Made by a program: the position numbers and the translations under genes. From the NCBI GenBank assembly GCA_022616215.1, contig JAKEFE010000016.1:5175-29174 (forward strand): a stretch of DNA of 24,000 nucleotides. The letters run 5' to 3'. A model generated the notes under the pieces. That model was not told where the DNA came from. It made no database searches and saw only the letters and a list, made by a program, of their open reading frames with translations. Of this stretch, positions 8,678-15,469 are shown piece after piece (position 1 is the first letter of the stretch; the number at the start of each line of letters is the position of its first letter). The stretch comes from Candidatus Parcubacteria bacterium (GTDB lineage Bacteria; Patescibacteriota; Minisyncoccia; Phycocordibacterales; Phycocordibacteraceae).

Positions 8678-9306
8678 CCTGCGGCGCGACCCCACAACAC
8701 CTCATCACCAGCATCGTCGCGCTTCAAGCGGAAAAGGAGCATGCGTACGGAGTGGATTGGAAACGTTTCGGCTTGGTCTCTTCTTTCTTCAATGTGTACC
8801 GCAAGCTTATCCGACTTCGCACGGTCTTCGAGCGCGGGTGGAAGCCCACGGCAGATGACACGCGACTGGACACCATTATTGACCTTTTGAACTACCTCAT
8901 CCTCTCGGTGCTCCTGCATGCGGAGCTCTTTCCGGAGGCATTTCGCACGGTGATAGGCACCGAGCACGCACCAGAGGATTTTCCGACAAACCGACACGGC
9001 TTTGCCCGATTTGCGACAGAAGTCTTGTTACCGAGCATCGCGAAGGTGAAGCCCGCCGAAGCCATACCGGACATCATCGCGACTGGCGAGCGCGCCATTG
9101 AGGCGTGGCTTGTGGCAATCGGACAGATGAGTGAAGAACTTGCCGGACAAAAAACAGTGTGCGCTCCCGGACCCGCCCTCATGGATGATGCCGACCGGCT
9201 CGCCGCTATTCATTCGATGATTCTGTTGTGCGTAGCCGCGGCTCTTGCCCATGTAAAAACCTGCCCTGATGAGTGGGAGCGGTTCGTCACGCGCTACGGC
9301 ACATAA
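8674..9306 (+). CDS. DUF1599 / nucleotide-modification-associated domain 1 (Nmad1)-like protein with an uncharacterised C-terminal half
   Basis: The N-terminal ~95 aa fit the DUF1599 pattern as I remember it: K..aYG..W...g......v..Kl.Rl........d..lDt..Dl.NY (KEHAYGVDWKRFGL...YRKLIRLRTV...DDTRLDTIIDLLNYL). The start overlaps the upstream stop as ATGA. The family call is from memory, not a search. Confidence 0.5.
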   Translation: MTCGATPQHLITSIVALQAEKEHAYGVDWKRFGLVSSFFNVYRKLIRLRTVFERGWKPTADDTRLDTIIDLLNYLILSVLLHAELFPEAFRTVIGTEHAPEDFPTNRHGFARFATEVLLPSIAKVKPAEAIPDIIATGERAIEAWLVAIGQMSEELAGQKTVCAPGPALMDDADRLAAIHSMILLCVAAALAHVKTCPDEWERFVTRYGT

Positions 9307-9309
9307 CAC

Positions 9310-9334
9310 AAAGCCCCGCTCTCGCGGGGCTTTT
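9310..9334. terminator. Bidirectional intrinsic terminator between the convergent 8674..9306 gene and rplK
   Basis: AAA-GCCCCGC-tctc-GCGGGGC-TTTT: a 7-bp GC stem, a 4-nt loop, and A/T tracts on both sides. Confidence 0.7.
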
Positions 9335-9336
9335 GT

Positions 9337-9756
9337 TTACTTCACGTCTACGCCCATGCTCCTCGCTGTGCCTTCAATGATGCGGTCTGCCGCTTCCGGA
9401 GATGCAGCATTCAAATCCGGCATTTTTTGCTCTGAAATCTCGCGCACCTGCGTTTTGGTAAGCGTGCCCGCTTTTTTGGATGGCGTTTTTCCAGAACCTT
9501 TATCAATGCCAAGCTTCTTCAAAATGAGACGTGAGGCTGGAGGAGTTTTGAGTACGAATGAGAACGTGCGGTCCTCGTAGACAGAAAGGTCAACGGGAAT
9601 GATGTCTCCCATCTTGTCCCTAGTCGCCTCGTTGAATTTGCTGACAAAATCTCCAATGTTGACACCCGCAGGCCCGAGCACGGTACCCACCGGCGGCGCA
9701 GGGGTAGCTTTGCCTGCCGGGATTTGGAGTTTTATTTTTTTAACGACTTTAGCCAT
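9337..9756 (-). CDS. rplK: 50S ribosomal protein L11
   Basis: 139-aa ORF: [34 protein letters not shown]...KTPPAS..., a full-length L11 pattern. Confidence 0.95.
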   Translation of the reverse strand: MAKVVKKIKLQIPAGKATPAPPVGTVLGPAGVNIGDFVSKFNEATRDKMGDIIPVDLSVYEDRTFSFVLKTPPASRLILKKLGIDKGSGKTPSKKAGTLTKTQVREISEQKMPDLNAASPEAADRIIEGTARSMGVDVK

Positions 9757-9773
9757 GGTGAAAAGACTCTATA

Positions 9774-10343
9774 TTAGAGTTTGCGGATTTGCAAAAAATC
9801 GAGTTCCACCGGCGTTTCGCGTCCGAACATGGAAACAAGCACTTTGACCTTGCCGCGCTCTTCGTCCACCTCACCTACTTTGCCTTCAAGATCTTTGAAC
9901 GGTCCGTCGTTAATGACCACCGGATCGTCTTTTGCAAGGTCAATGCGGTGTTTGGGCGCCTCCTGATCCATGCGCTTCATCAAGAGTGCCACTTCGGCGT
10001 CTTCCATGGGTACTGGTGTGGTGCCGCTTCCTACAAAGCCGGTAACGCGCGGAGTGTTGCGAACCACAAACCACGAATCTTCGTCCACAATCATGTGCAC
10101 CAAAATGTAACCCGGGTAGATTTTTTCTTCCTCAACGACGCGTTTGCCGCCTTTGACCCGCACTTTCTTTTCGGTGGGCACCACGACCTCAAAAATCTTA
10201 TTCCCCATGCCCAAGGACTCAATGCGCTGTTTCAAGTTCCGCTCTACCGCGTTTTCATATCCCGCGTAGGTATGAATGGAGTACCAGCGCGGTTCAGGGT
10301 TTTTCGCGTCTTCTGAAAATTGCGGCGAGGTGTACGTTTCCAT
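9774..10343 (-). CDS. nusG: Transcription termination/antitermination factor NusG
   Basis: The start was trimmed to the ATG at 10343 (METYTSPQF...). It has an NGN domain (RWYSIHTYAGYENAVERNL...PGYILV) and a KOW domain (VINDGPFKDLEGKVGEVDEERGKVKVLVSMFGRETPVEL). It sits 4 nt after the secE stop. Confidence 0.9.
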   Translation of the reverse strand: METYTSPQFSEDAKNPEPRWYSIHTYAGYENAVERNLKQRIESLGMGNKIFEVVVPTEKKVRVKGGKRVVEEEKIYPGYILVHMIVDEDSWFVVRNTPRVTGFVGSGTTPVPMEDAEVALLMKRMDQEAPKHRIDLAKDDPVVINDGPFKDLEGKVGEVDEERGKVKVLVSMFGRETPVELDFLQIRKL

Positions 10344-10347
10344 ATCG

Positions 10348-10527
10348 TTAGATGATGATGCCGACGAGACTAGTAAGCAGGTAGTCAAGCACGCCGATAC
10401 ATACCGCAACAAAGGCGGAGATGGCAAGAATGAGAAGCGTGTGCATAAGTGCCTGCCGAGATTTTGGCCACACAACATGCGTGAGTTCTCCGCGCACATT
10501 TTTGAGATAGCTGAAAAGGTTTTTCAT
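10348..10527 (-). CDS. secE: Preprotein translocase subunit SecE
   Basis: The start was trimmed to the ATG at 10527. The 59-aa product is MKNLFSYLKNVRGELTHVVWPKSRQALMHTLLILAISAFVAV..., the typical SecE pattern (E..KV.WP) with a single TM helix. The canonical secE-nusG-rplK order supports the call. Confidence 0.8.
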   Translation of the reverse strand: MKNLFSYLKNVRGELTHVVWPKSRQALMHTLLILAISAFVAVCIGVLDYLLTSLVGIII

Positions 10528-10550
10528 TCCGGTAGTTGCCCTTTGATTTT

Positions 10551-10572
10551 TAAAAGGCGCCCCGCGGGCGCT
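10551..10572 (-). terminator. Candidate intrinsic terminator upstream of secE, ending the SIMPL gene transcript
   Basis: The minus strand reads GCGCCC-gcg-GGGCGC followed by CTTTTAAAAAT. The stem is short (6 bp), so support is only moderate. Confidence 0.4.
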
Positions 10573-10653
10573 TATACCCATGAGTATACCAAAAACGACA
10601 AAGCGGTCAAGGGAGTACACAAGCCCCTGTTCGAGGGCTTGTGTGTGTCTGTT

Positions 10654-11463
10654 TTACTTGATTTCGTAGGTGATGGAAACTGTGACGGTGGTTTCCTGCT
10701 CTCCGGTGGGAAGAGGCGGCGTGGAGACAGGTCTTCCCTGCTCCGCATCCAGTGCTCCGCCGTATCCGTAGTCATAGTAGGGAGGGAACGGGCCAGTGGT
10801 TTCGTAGAAGGACACTACTTTCCCAAGCGAAACGCCTAGCTGTTTGGCGAGTGTTTTCGCTTTCGCTTTTGCCTCCTCAATCGCTTCCTCGCGTGCGACG
10901 TTTCGTATCTCGTCTTCTTCATCCACGGTGAAGTTCGGACCTGAAATGTTCCCGACGCCGAGAGTTCCAAGCGCCTCAAGCACCGCTCCCGCCTTTCCGG
11001 TATCGCGTACTTTCACCTCAACGGTCTGCGAGACGGTGTAGCCGATGATGCGCGGGTTCTCCCGCGGTGGGCAGTAGCCTGCATAGCACGGCTCTCCGTA
11101 GTCGTATTCCGGATAGACGCTGTATCCTATGGTCTTCACATCACGCTCGAGAATGGCAAGTCCTTCTACGGCTCCGAGCGCCGCTTCAGTTTTTTCGGTG
11201 GCTTTCCCCTGTGCTTCGGCAACGGTTACCCCTTCCTCGGTAACCGAAAAAGAAATGACGGCAATGTCGGGAATTGAAGCGGACTTCCCCGTTCCTTCAA
11301 CGGTAATCACATTTGCCGGATACATGTCCGGACGGCCGATTTCTTCAATAGCATCAATGGCATGAATGAGAAGAAAAAGCGCGAGCACGGAAAGCGCCGC
11401 GGTGGCCGCATATCTCACCGGACGCGTTGCCTGCACAAAAACCTCTCCAAAAGATTCGTTCAT
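10654..11463 (-). CDS. SIMPL (DUF541) domain protein, membrane-anchored or secreted
   Basis: It has an N-terminal TM/signal helix (AATAALSVLALFLLIHAI), followed by VEGTGKSASIPDIAVISFSV...GYTVSQTVEVKVRD...ARE.AIEEAKAKAKTLAKQLG, the characteristic SIMPL layout. Confidence 0.7.
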   Translation of the reverse strand: MNESFGEVFVQATRPVRYAATAALSVLALFLLIHAIDAIEEIGRPDMYPANVITVEGTGKSASIPDIAVISFSVTEEGVTVAEAQGKATEKTEAALGAVEGLAILERDVKTIGYSVYPEYDYGEPCYAGYCPPRENPRIIGYTVSQTVEVKVRDTGKAGAVLEALGTLGVGNISGPNFTVDEEDEIRNVAREEAIEEAKAKAKTLAKQLGVSLGKVVSFYETTGPFPPYYDYGYGGALDAEQGRPVSTPPLPTGEQETTVTVSITYEIK

Positions 11464-11540
11464 GATGATGTGTTACTTATCAGTGGCATTAGTATATCAC
11501 GGGGCGGCCGTCAGTCTCTTTGTGTGGTACCCTCCCCTAC

Positions 11541-12296
11541 ATGACTCCGTTCGTACAAAGTGCACTAGCCGTGGGCGTTGTCAGTCTTGCCTCACTTGTT
11601 GGTATCGCAACGCTGTTTCTTCGTGAAGATAGCTTGAAACGAGCGCTGTTCATCCTCATTGCGCTTGCCGCCGGTGCCCTTCTTGGAAACGCGTTTATTC
11701 ATCTCATCCCCGAAGCGTTTGCTAAAGCAGACCCAACCCTTGTCGCGGTGGTGGTGCTTGCGGGTATTTTGTCTTTTTTCCTGCTTGAGAAATTCCTTCG
11801 CTGGCACCACAGCCACGGCGATGAAGAATTTCATCCAGACCACGCAAAAATCCATCCGCTCGGGCGTCTCGTGCTCATTTCAGATGCTCTGCATAACATC
11901 GTAGACGGCGTGGCCATTGGTGCTGCTTTTTTGGTCTCAACCGAAATAGGTATCGCAACGGCCATTGCCATCGCGCTTCACGAAATACCTCAAGAGATAG
12001 GTGATTTTGGTCTTCTCATCCATTCTGGATTTTCCAGACTGCAGGCGCTTTTTGTGAATTTCCTTTCGGCCTTGACCGCGTTTGTTGGTCTTGGCCTTGC
12101 ATTTTTGCTTGCGGATGCGAACGAAACGCTTATCCCTCTCATTGCCGCGTTTGCTGCCGGTAATTTTATCTACATTGCGCTTGCCGACATCATCCCGGAA
12201 CTCCAGAAAATATCTGATGTCCGTCGGTCAATGGTTCAGTTTGCGGTAATTGTACTTGGCATTATCGCTATGGTTGGGCTTCTCGGGCTTGAATAA
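11541..12296 (+). CDS. ZIP family divalent metal transporter (ZupT-like)
   Basis: The ATG at 11541 gives MTPFVQSAL.... It has multiple TM helices, a His-rich loop HHSHGDEEFHPDH and the ZIP signature LHEIPQEIGDFGLL. Confidence 0.85.
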   Translation: MTPFVQSALAVGVVSLASLVGIATLFLREDSLKRALFILIALAAGALLGNAFIHLIPEAFAKADPTLVAVVVLAGILSFFLLEKFLRWHHSHGDEEFHPDHAKIHPLGRLVLISDALHNIVDGVAIGAAFLVSTEIGIATAIAIALHEIPQEIGDFGLLIHSGFSRLQALFVNFLSALTAFVGLGLAFLLADANETLIPLIAAFAAGNFIYIALADIIPELQKISDVRRSMVQFAVIVLGIIAMVGLLGLE

Positions 12297-12968
12297 CTAC
12301 GGTGCTACTTGCAAACGCTCTAAAAGACGAATGAGTGCGCGGTGCTCTGGCAGTTCAATGACAGAAAGATCTGGATTAATCCAATCTGTCACGTCGTGTT
12401 CAATAATATCAAAGCGAAGCACATCGTTTGCGCGCGCTAGGTAAAACGCGCTGTGCACGATTGCCTCAAAGCGCTCAATAACCGTGGTGCGGTACGTCGT
12501 GCCATTGATGAGCATGGTATCAAAACGATCAAAGTTTTCCGCCTGCATGTCGGCCGGATAGTACACCGTGTGCCTAAGCATGACATCGTCTGCTGTTTGT
12601 CCTTCGGGTATGGGGTGTTGCCGGATGATGATGGTGTGCGGCGCCTCTTCAAAGGAAGCGGGTTTGACAAATGTGGCGATGAGCGAAGGATCTGCGCCGT
12701 ACGCGTTTTCGTCGGCGGCATAGTCTTCCGGCATAATGAATGCAATACTGGCATCAGTCACCTCAACATTTGGCGGCGGACACGGGGCAAATGCGCATGA
12801 AGGGCCCATGCGTCCGACCGCGGAGCCGTCCGGACAGAGTTTGGCTTCAAGAGTGCATGCGGTTACGTTTCCTCCTCCTGGGTTGGTACGCTCCATCACA
12901 TCGCGGTAGAAAAAACCGCCCAGGCCGATAACGATGATGAGCACAATACCGAACAAGAGCGTTTTCAT
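12297..12968 (-). CDS. Hypothetical membrane-anchored or secreted protein with an N-terminal four-Cys motif
   Basis: The GAGGAA upstream of the ATG is the only clear SD-like element I saw in the window. It has an N-terminal TM helix (MKTLLFGIVLIIVIGLGGFF) and then CTLEAKLCPDGSAVGRMGPSCAFAPCPPP. No family was recognised for the remainder. Its stop abuts the convergent ZIP stop with 0 nt spacing. Confidence 0.6.
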   Translation of the reverse strand: MKTLLFGIVLIIVIGLGGFFYRDVMERTNPGGGNVTACTLEAKLCPDGSAVGRMGPSCAFAPCPPPNVEVTDASIAFIMPEDYAADENAYGADPSLIATFVKPASFEEAPHTIIIRQHPIPEGQTADDVMLRHTVYYPADMQAENFDRFDTMLINGTTYRTTVIERFEAIVHSAFYLARANDVLRFDIIEHDVTDWINPDLSVIELPEHRALIRLLERLQVAP

Positions 12969-12990
12969 TTCCTCACAATATCACGCTATC

Positions 12991-13065
12991 TGGGGCGACC
13001 AGAGAGAATTGAACTCTCGATGCCTGGACCACAACCAGGAGTTTTACCACTAAACTATGGTCGCC
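12991..13065 (-). tRNA. tRNA-His (anticodon GTG), with encoded G-1 and encoded CCA
   Basis: Hand-folded cloverleaf: G-1 + GCGACCA / TGGTCGC + C73 + CCA. D arm GTTT-AGTGGTA-AAAC. Anticodon arm CCTGG-TTGTGGT-CCAGG. T arm GAGAG-TTCAATT-CTCTC. Confidence 0.85.
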
Positions 13066-13544
13066 ATGAACGCCTCGCGGTCTTTCTCATAATGATGCAC
13101 GAGAAAGTGACAATTGTGACAAAGCCATGCGAGATTCTCTAAGTTATTGTTTTTCCGGTTCTTGTCAATGTGGTGGGCGGCAAGTACCCGGATGTCCTCA
13201 GTCTTGCATAATCGGCATCTTTTTGGAACCTTATTTCTTTCTAACACTGCTCGGTATGCATTTTCTCCCGTTTTAAAATTTGCGTGCTTCTCGCCTATAT
13301 AGAGTTGATTTCTCCAGCGCGTTTGACAACTTTTGCCGCAGAAAAATTTTCCGCTCTTAGAGTTTAGGAGAGCCTTGGGTTGTTTATATGAAGGAACACC
13401 ACATATGTCGCATATGATTTCTTTTCCCATACGCATTCCTTTATGGTGACAAGCAGAAGAGCAGTATTTTCCATACCCTTTCTTGAGCCAAAAAGGTTTT
13501 GCATTGAACGAGCGAGAACAGCTCTGACACGAGACCACCGGCAT
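13050..13544 (-). CDS. HNH endonuclease with two N-terminal zinc-ribbon-like repeats
   Basis: 164-aa ORF. The HNH core is AAHHIDKNRKNNNLENLAWLCHNCHFLVHH. It has two CxxC...C..(H/C) repeats: CQSC...YCSSACHHKG and CDIC...FCGKSCQTRW. The last 16 nt, including the TAG stop, lie inside tRNA-His. Confidence 0.85.
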   Translation of the reverse strand: MPVVSCQSCSRSFNAKPFWLKKGYGKYCSSACHHKGMRMGKEIICDICGVPSYKQPKALLNSKSGKFFCGKSCQTRWRNQLYIGEKHANFKTGENAYRAVLERNKVPKRCRLCKTEDIRVLAAHHIDKNRKNNNLENLAWLCHNCHFLVHHYEKDREAFMATIV

Positions 13545-13638
13545 ACTTTATGTCTAGAATAACCTTCAACCACACAAATGTAAAGACTCGCCTCTGTGGA
13601 CCAACTAGAAGCTCTTTTGTTTACGTCGCTCGTATCTA

Positions 13639-13839
13639 TTAGGATTTAGGCGGTCGTGTTTCGCGGAAATAAAACCATCCGAAATGAGCGATGAAGAGAA
13701 TTATCTGGAGTTCAATGGCAAGAATGGTCGCCTGCCACACAGCACCAGTCATGAACCAGAAGAATATTCCGGTGATGATGAACGCGAACACTCTCCATTC
13801 AAGCGACGCGGCGGCGGATTTTAGGAGACGTTCTTTCAT
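13639..13839 (-). CDS. DUF2061-like small membrane protein
   Basis: The start was trimmed to the ATG at 13839. The 66-aa product is MKERLLKSAAASLEWRVFAFIITGIFFWFMTGAVWQATILAIELQIILFIAHFGWFYFRE, with two TM helices in a DUF2061-like pattern. The longer ORF would run into the hairpin and tRNA-Leu. Confidence 0.55.
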   Translation of the reverse strand: MKERLLKSAAASLEWRVFAFIITGIFFWFMTGAVWQATILAIELQIILFIAHFGWFYFRETRPPKS

Positions 13840-13896
13840 GAAGAAATAATGACATGGGGGAAACGCGTGGACAAGGAGTGGATAACCTCTTGGTAA

Positions 13897-13925
13897 CCCA
13901 CCGACATCCTGTGGATGTCGGTGGG
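13897..13925 (-). terminator. Strong hairpin immediately downstream of tRNA-Leu(GAG); candidate terminator of the rplS-tRNA transcript
   Basis: CCCACCGACATCC-tgt-GGATGTCGGTGGG is a perfect 13-bp stem with a 3-nt loop. On the minus strand it is followed by TTACCAAG, which is only a weak U tract. Confidence 0.45.
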
Positions 13926-13941
13926 TCTGAAAGTCTGTGTG

Positions 13942-14024
13942 TGCCCGGGAGAGGACTCGAACCTCCACGCCTTGCGGCACATCCACCTCAAGGATGCTCG
14001 GCTACCAAGTTACGACACCCGGGC
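13942..14024 (-). tRNA. tRNA-Leu (anticodon GAG), class II long variable arm, CCA not encoded
   Basis: Acceptor GCCCGGG/CCCGGGC + A. Anticodon arm CATCC-TTGAGGT-GGATG. Variable arm TGCCGCAAGGCGT. T arm GGAGG-TTCGAGT-CCTCT. The 3' flank is CAC. Confidence 0.85.
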
Positions 14025-14069
14025 AGGGTGAACCCCACTATACGAGAAAGCGCTTTTGTTTACAACGGC

Positions 14070-14684
14070 TTATGCCGCAGTTTTCTCTTCTTCTTTCTCC
14101 TCAACTGCCGGAACTTCGGCAATCATCTCTTCAGGACTTTCCTCACCAAGCGGCTCGCTTGCGGCAATGGCGGCGTTTGCGGATGCTTCGGCCTCTACTT
14201 CGTCAGCTTTCTCGGCTAAATCAATCTGCTTAGCAGATTGATCGCCCGACGCATCCTTTGATGCGTCTAGGGCAAAATCCGTTGTAGAAACGTTCATTAT
14301 GCGCATATTGCGAAGCTGGCGCTTTACTTCGCGGGCAACTTTTTCACGAATGAAATACAGTTTGGCGCGGCGAACCTTTGATCGTTTGACTATTTCAATT
14401 TTCTCAATAAATGGAGCGTAGAGCGGGAAAATACGTTCAACCCCGATGCCCGAGAGAGTCGCGCGCACGGTAAAAGAAGCGCCTGCTTCTTTTCCGTGTT
14501 TGACCGCGATAACAAGGCCTTCAAATACCTGTGTACGGGCGTTGCTCGTCGTTGTCTCTTTTTTGTTGGCGGCCTTGCCTTTTTTGGTCTCAACAATTTT
14601 TTGGTGAACGCGCACCGTGTCCCCCGGCTTGATGCCAAGCTTGGTGCGTTCCTCTACTTTGACGGGAGTAATAACTTTTTCCAT
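14070..14684 (-). CDS. rplS: 50S ribosomal protein L19 with an internal insertion and a long acidic C-terminal tail
   Basis: The start was trimmed to the ATG at 14684 ([12 protein letters not shown]...). The L19 core is [12 protein letters not shown]...[20 protein letters not shown]....[34 protein letters not shown]. About 85 extra Ala/Glu/Asp-rich residues follow. Confidence 0.9.
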   Translation of the reverse strand: MEKVITPVKVEERTKLGIKPGDTVRVHQKIVETKKGKAANKKETTTSNARTQVFEGLVIAVKHGKEAGASFTVRATLSGIGVERIFPLYAPFIEKIEIVKRSKVRRAKLYFIREKVAREVKRQLRNMRIMNVSTTDFALDASKDASGDQSAKQIDLAEKADEVEAEASANAAIAASEPLGEESPEEMIAEVPAVEEKEEEKTAA

Positions 14685-14709
14685 GAGTGGCCGCACTCTA
14701 ACACAAGTG

Positions 14710-15450
14710 CTAGTCCGCGGCAAACCGTTCTGCGGCTTCCAAAAAGTCTGCGGGCGGGGGTGCCACAAACGTCTTTCGCTCGCCCGACGGAAGGGTGATG
14801 GAGAGCGTTGAGGCATGGAGCGCCGGACGTACAAACCCCAACAGACAGGGTTTTCCTGCCGCATATATAGGGTCACAAATGATGGGGTGTCCAACATATC
14901 TCATGTGTACGCGCAGTTGATGCGTGCGACCGGTTTTAGGCGACAGTACCATATATGACACCGGCTCATTCGTCTTAGTGTCGCTCCCGCGTATTTCAAC
15001 GTTCCAGGTCGTTATCGCCGCCCGATGTTTTTTATCCTCCCCTTCGCGCATCACACCCCAGCGCGGCGGCATGGACCGAAGGCGCACGATTTCTTTTTCA
15101 ATAGTTCCCGCATCTTTTTTCGGATGTCCGTACACATATGCGGCGTATGTTTTTTCCGTAGTCCGACTTCCGAATTGTTCTTTGAGAAATGCGTGCGCCT
15201 CCTGCGTCTTTGCAAGTATGAGTGCGCCGGAGGTTGTTTTATCCAGCCGGTGCACGATGCCCGGGCGCGCGATGGTTTCTCCCTGCGGGGTAACGAGCGG
15301 CTCGCCCACCTCTGCCGTCTGCGGATACTTGTTCACCACCCATTCGGTTACCGAATACTCCTTATTGCGGCCGTCCGGATGCACGATAAGCCCCGCCGGT
15401 TTGTCTATGACCAGTACGTTGTCGTCTTCATACAGAACGGTTGGCTTCAT
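14710..15450 (-). CDS. RluA-family pseudouridine synthase (no S4 domain)
   Basis: 246-aa ORF with [14 protein letters not shown], the catalytic Asp motif [18 protein letters not shown], and [10 protein letters not shown]. Confidence 0.9.
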   Translation of the reverse strand: MKPTVLYEDDNVLVIDKPAGLIVHPDGRNKEYSVTEWVVNKYPQTAEVGEPLVTPQGETIARPGIVHRLDKTTSGALILAKTQEAHAFLKEQFGSRTTEKTYAAYVYGHPKKDAGTIEKEIVRLRSMPPRWGVMREGEDKKHRAAITTWNVEIRGSDTKTNEPVSYMVLSPKTGRTHQLRVHMRYVGHPIICDPIYAAGKPCLLGFVRPALHASTLSITLPSGERKTFVAPPPADFLEAAERFAAD

Positions 15451-15469
15451 AGGGAAACCCTACTTCCCT

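Noticed and set aside
7454-8997. Long minus-strand ORFs (7454..8203, 249 aa; 8290..8997, 235 aa; 8234..8617) opposite the ThyA-like and DUF1599-like genes.
   Set aside because: They are antisense shadows of plus-strand genes that carry clear family motifs and ATGA coupling. Their products are Arg/His/Val-rich with no recognisable domains.
10617-10644. 10-bp perfect hairpin ACACAAGCCC-ctgttcga-GGGCTTGTGT just after the SIMPL gene stop, considered as its terminator.
   Set aside because: On the transcribed (minus) strand no U tract follows. The T-rich run is on the plus strand, where no gene reads into it. The structure is real but its function is unsupported. The nearby 10551..10572 hairpin with a U tract is the better terminator candidate.
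11464-11540. Zur or other metal-regulator operator in the divergent region between the SIMPL gene and the ZIP transporter.
   Set aside because: I could find no palindrome resembling a Zur/Fur box. Only a TGATATACT -10-like element facing the SIMPL gene is visible.
14685-14897. N-terminal extensions of track ORFs. The same issue occurs at 16157..16405 (uppS), 19465..19563 (orphan B), 22832..23038 (ruvX), 13840..13986 (DUF2061), 10344..10499 (nusG), 10528..10620 (secE) and 6804..6893 (dcd).
   Set aside because: The extensions overlap upstream genes or tRNAs and lack family similarity. In each case an internal ATG gives a protein beginning at the conserved N-terminus of its family, so the starts were trimmed.
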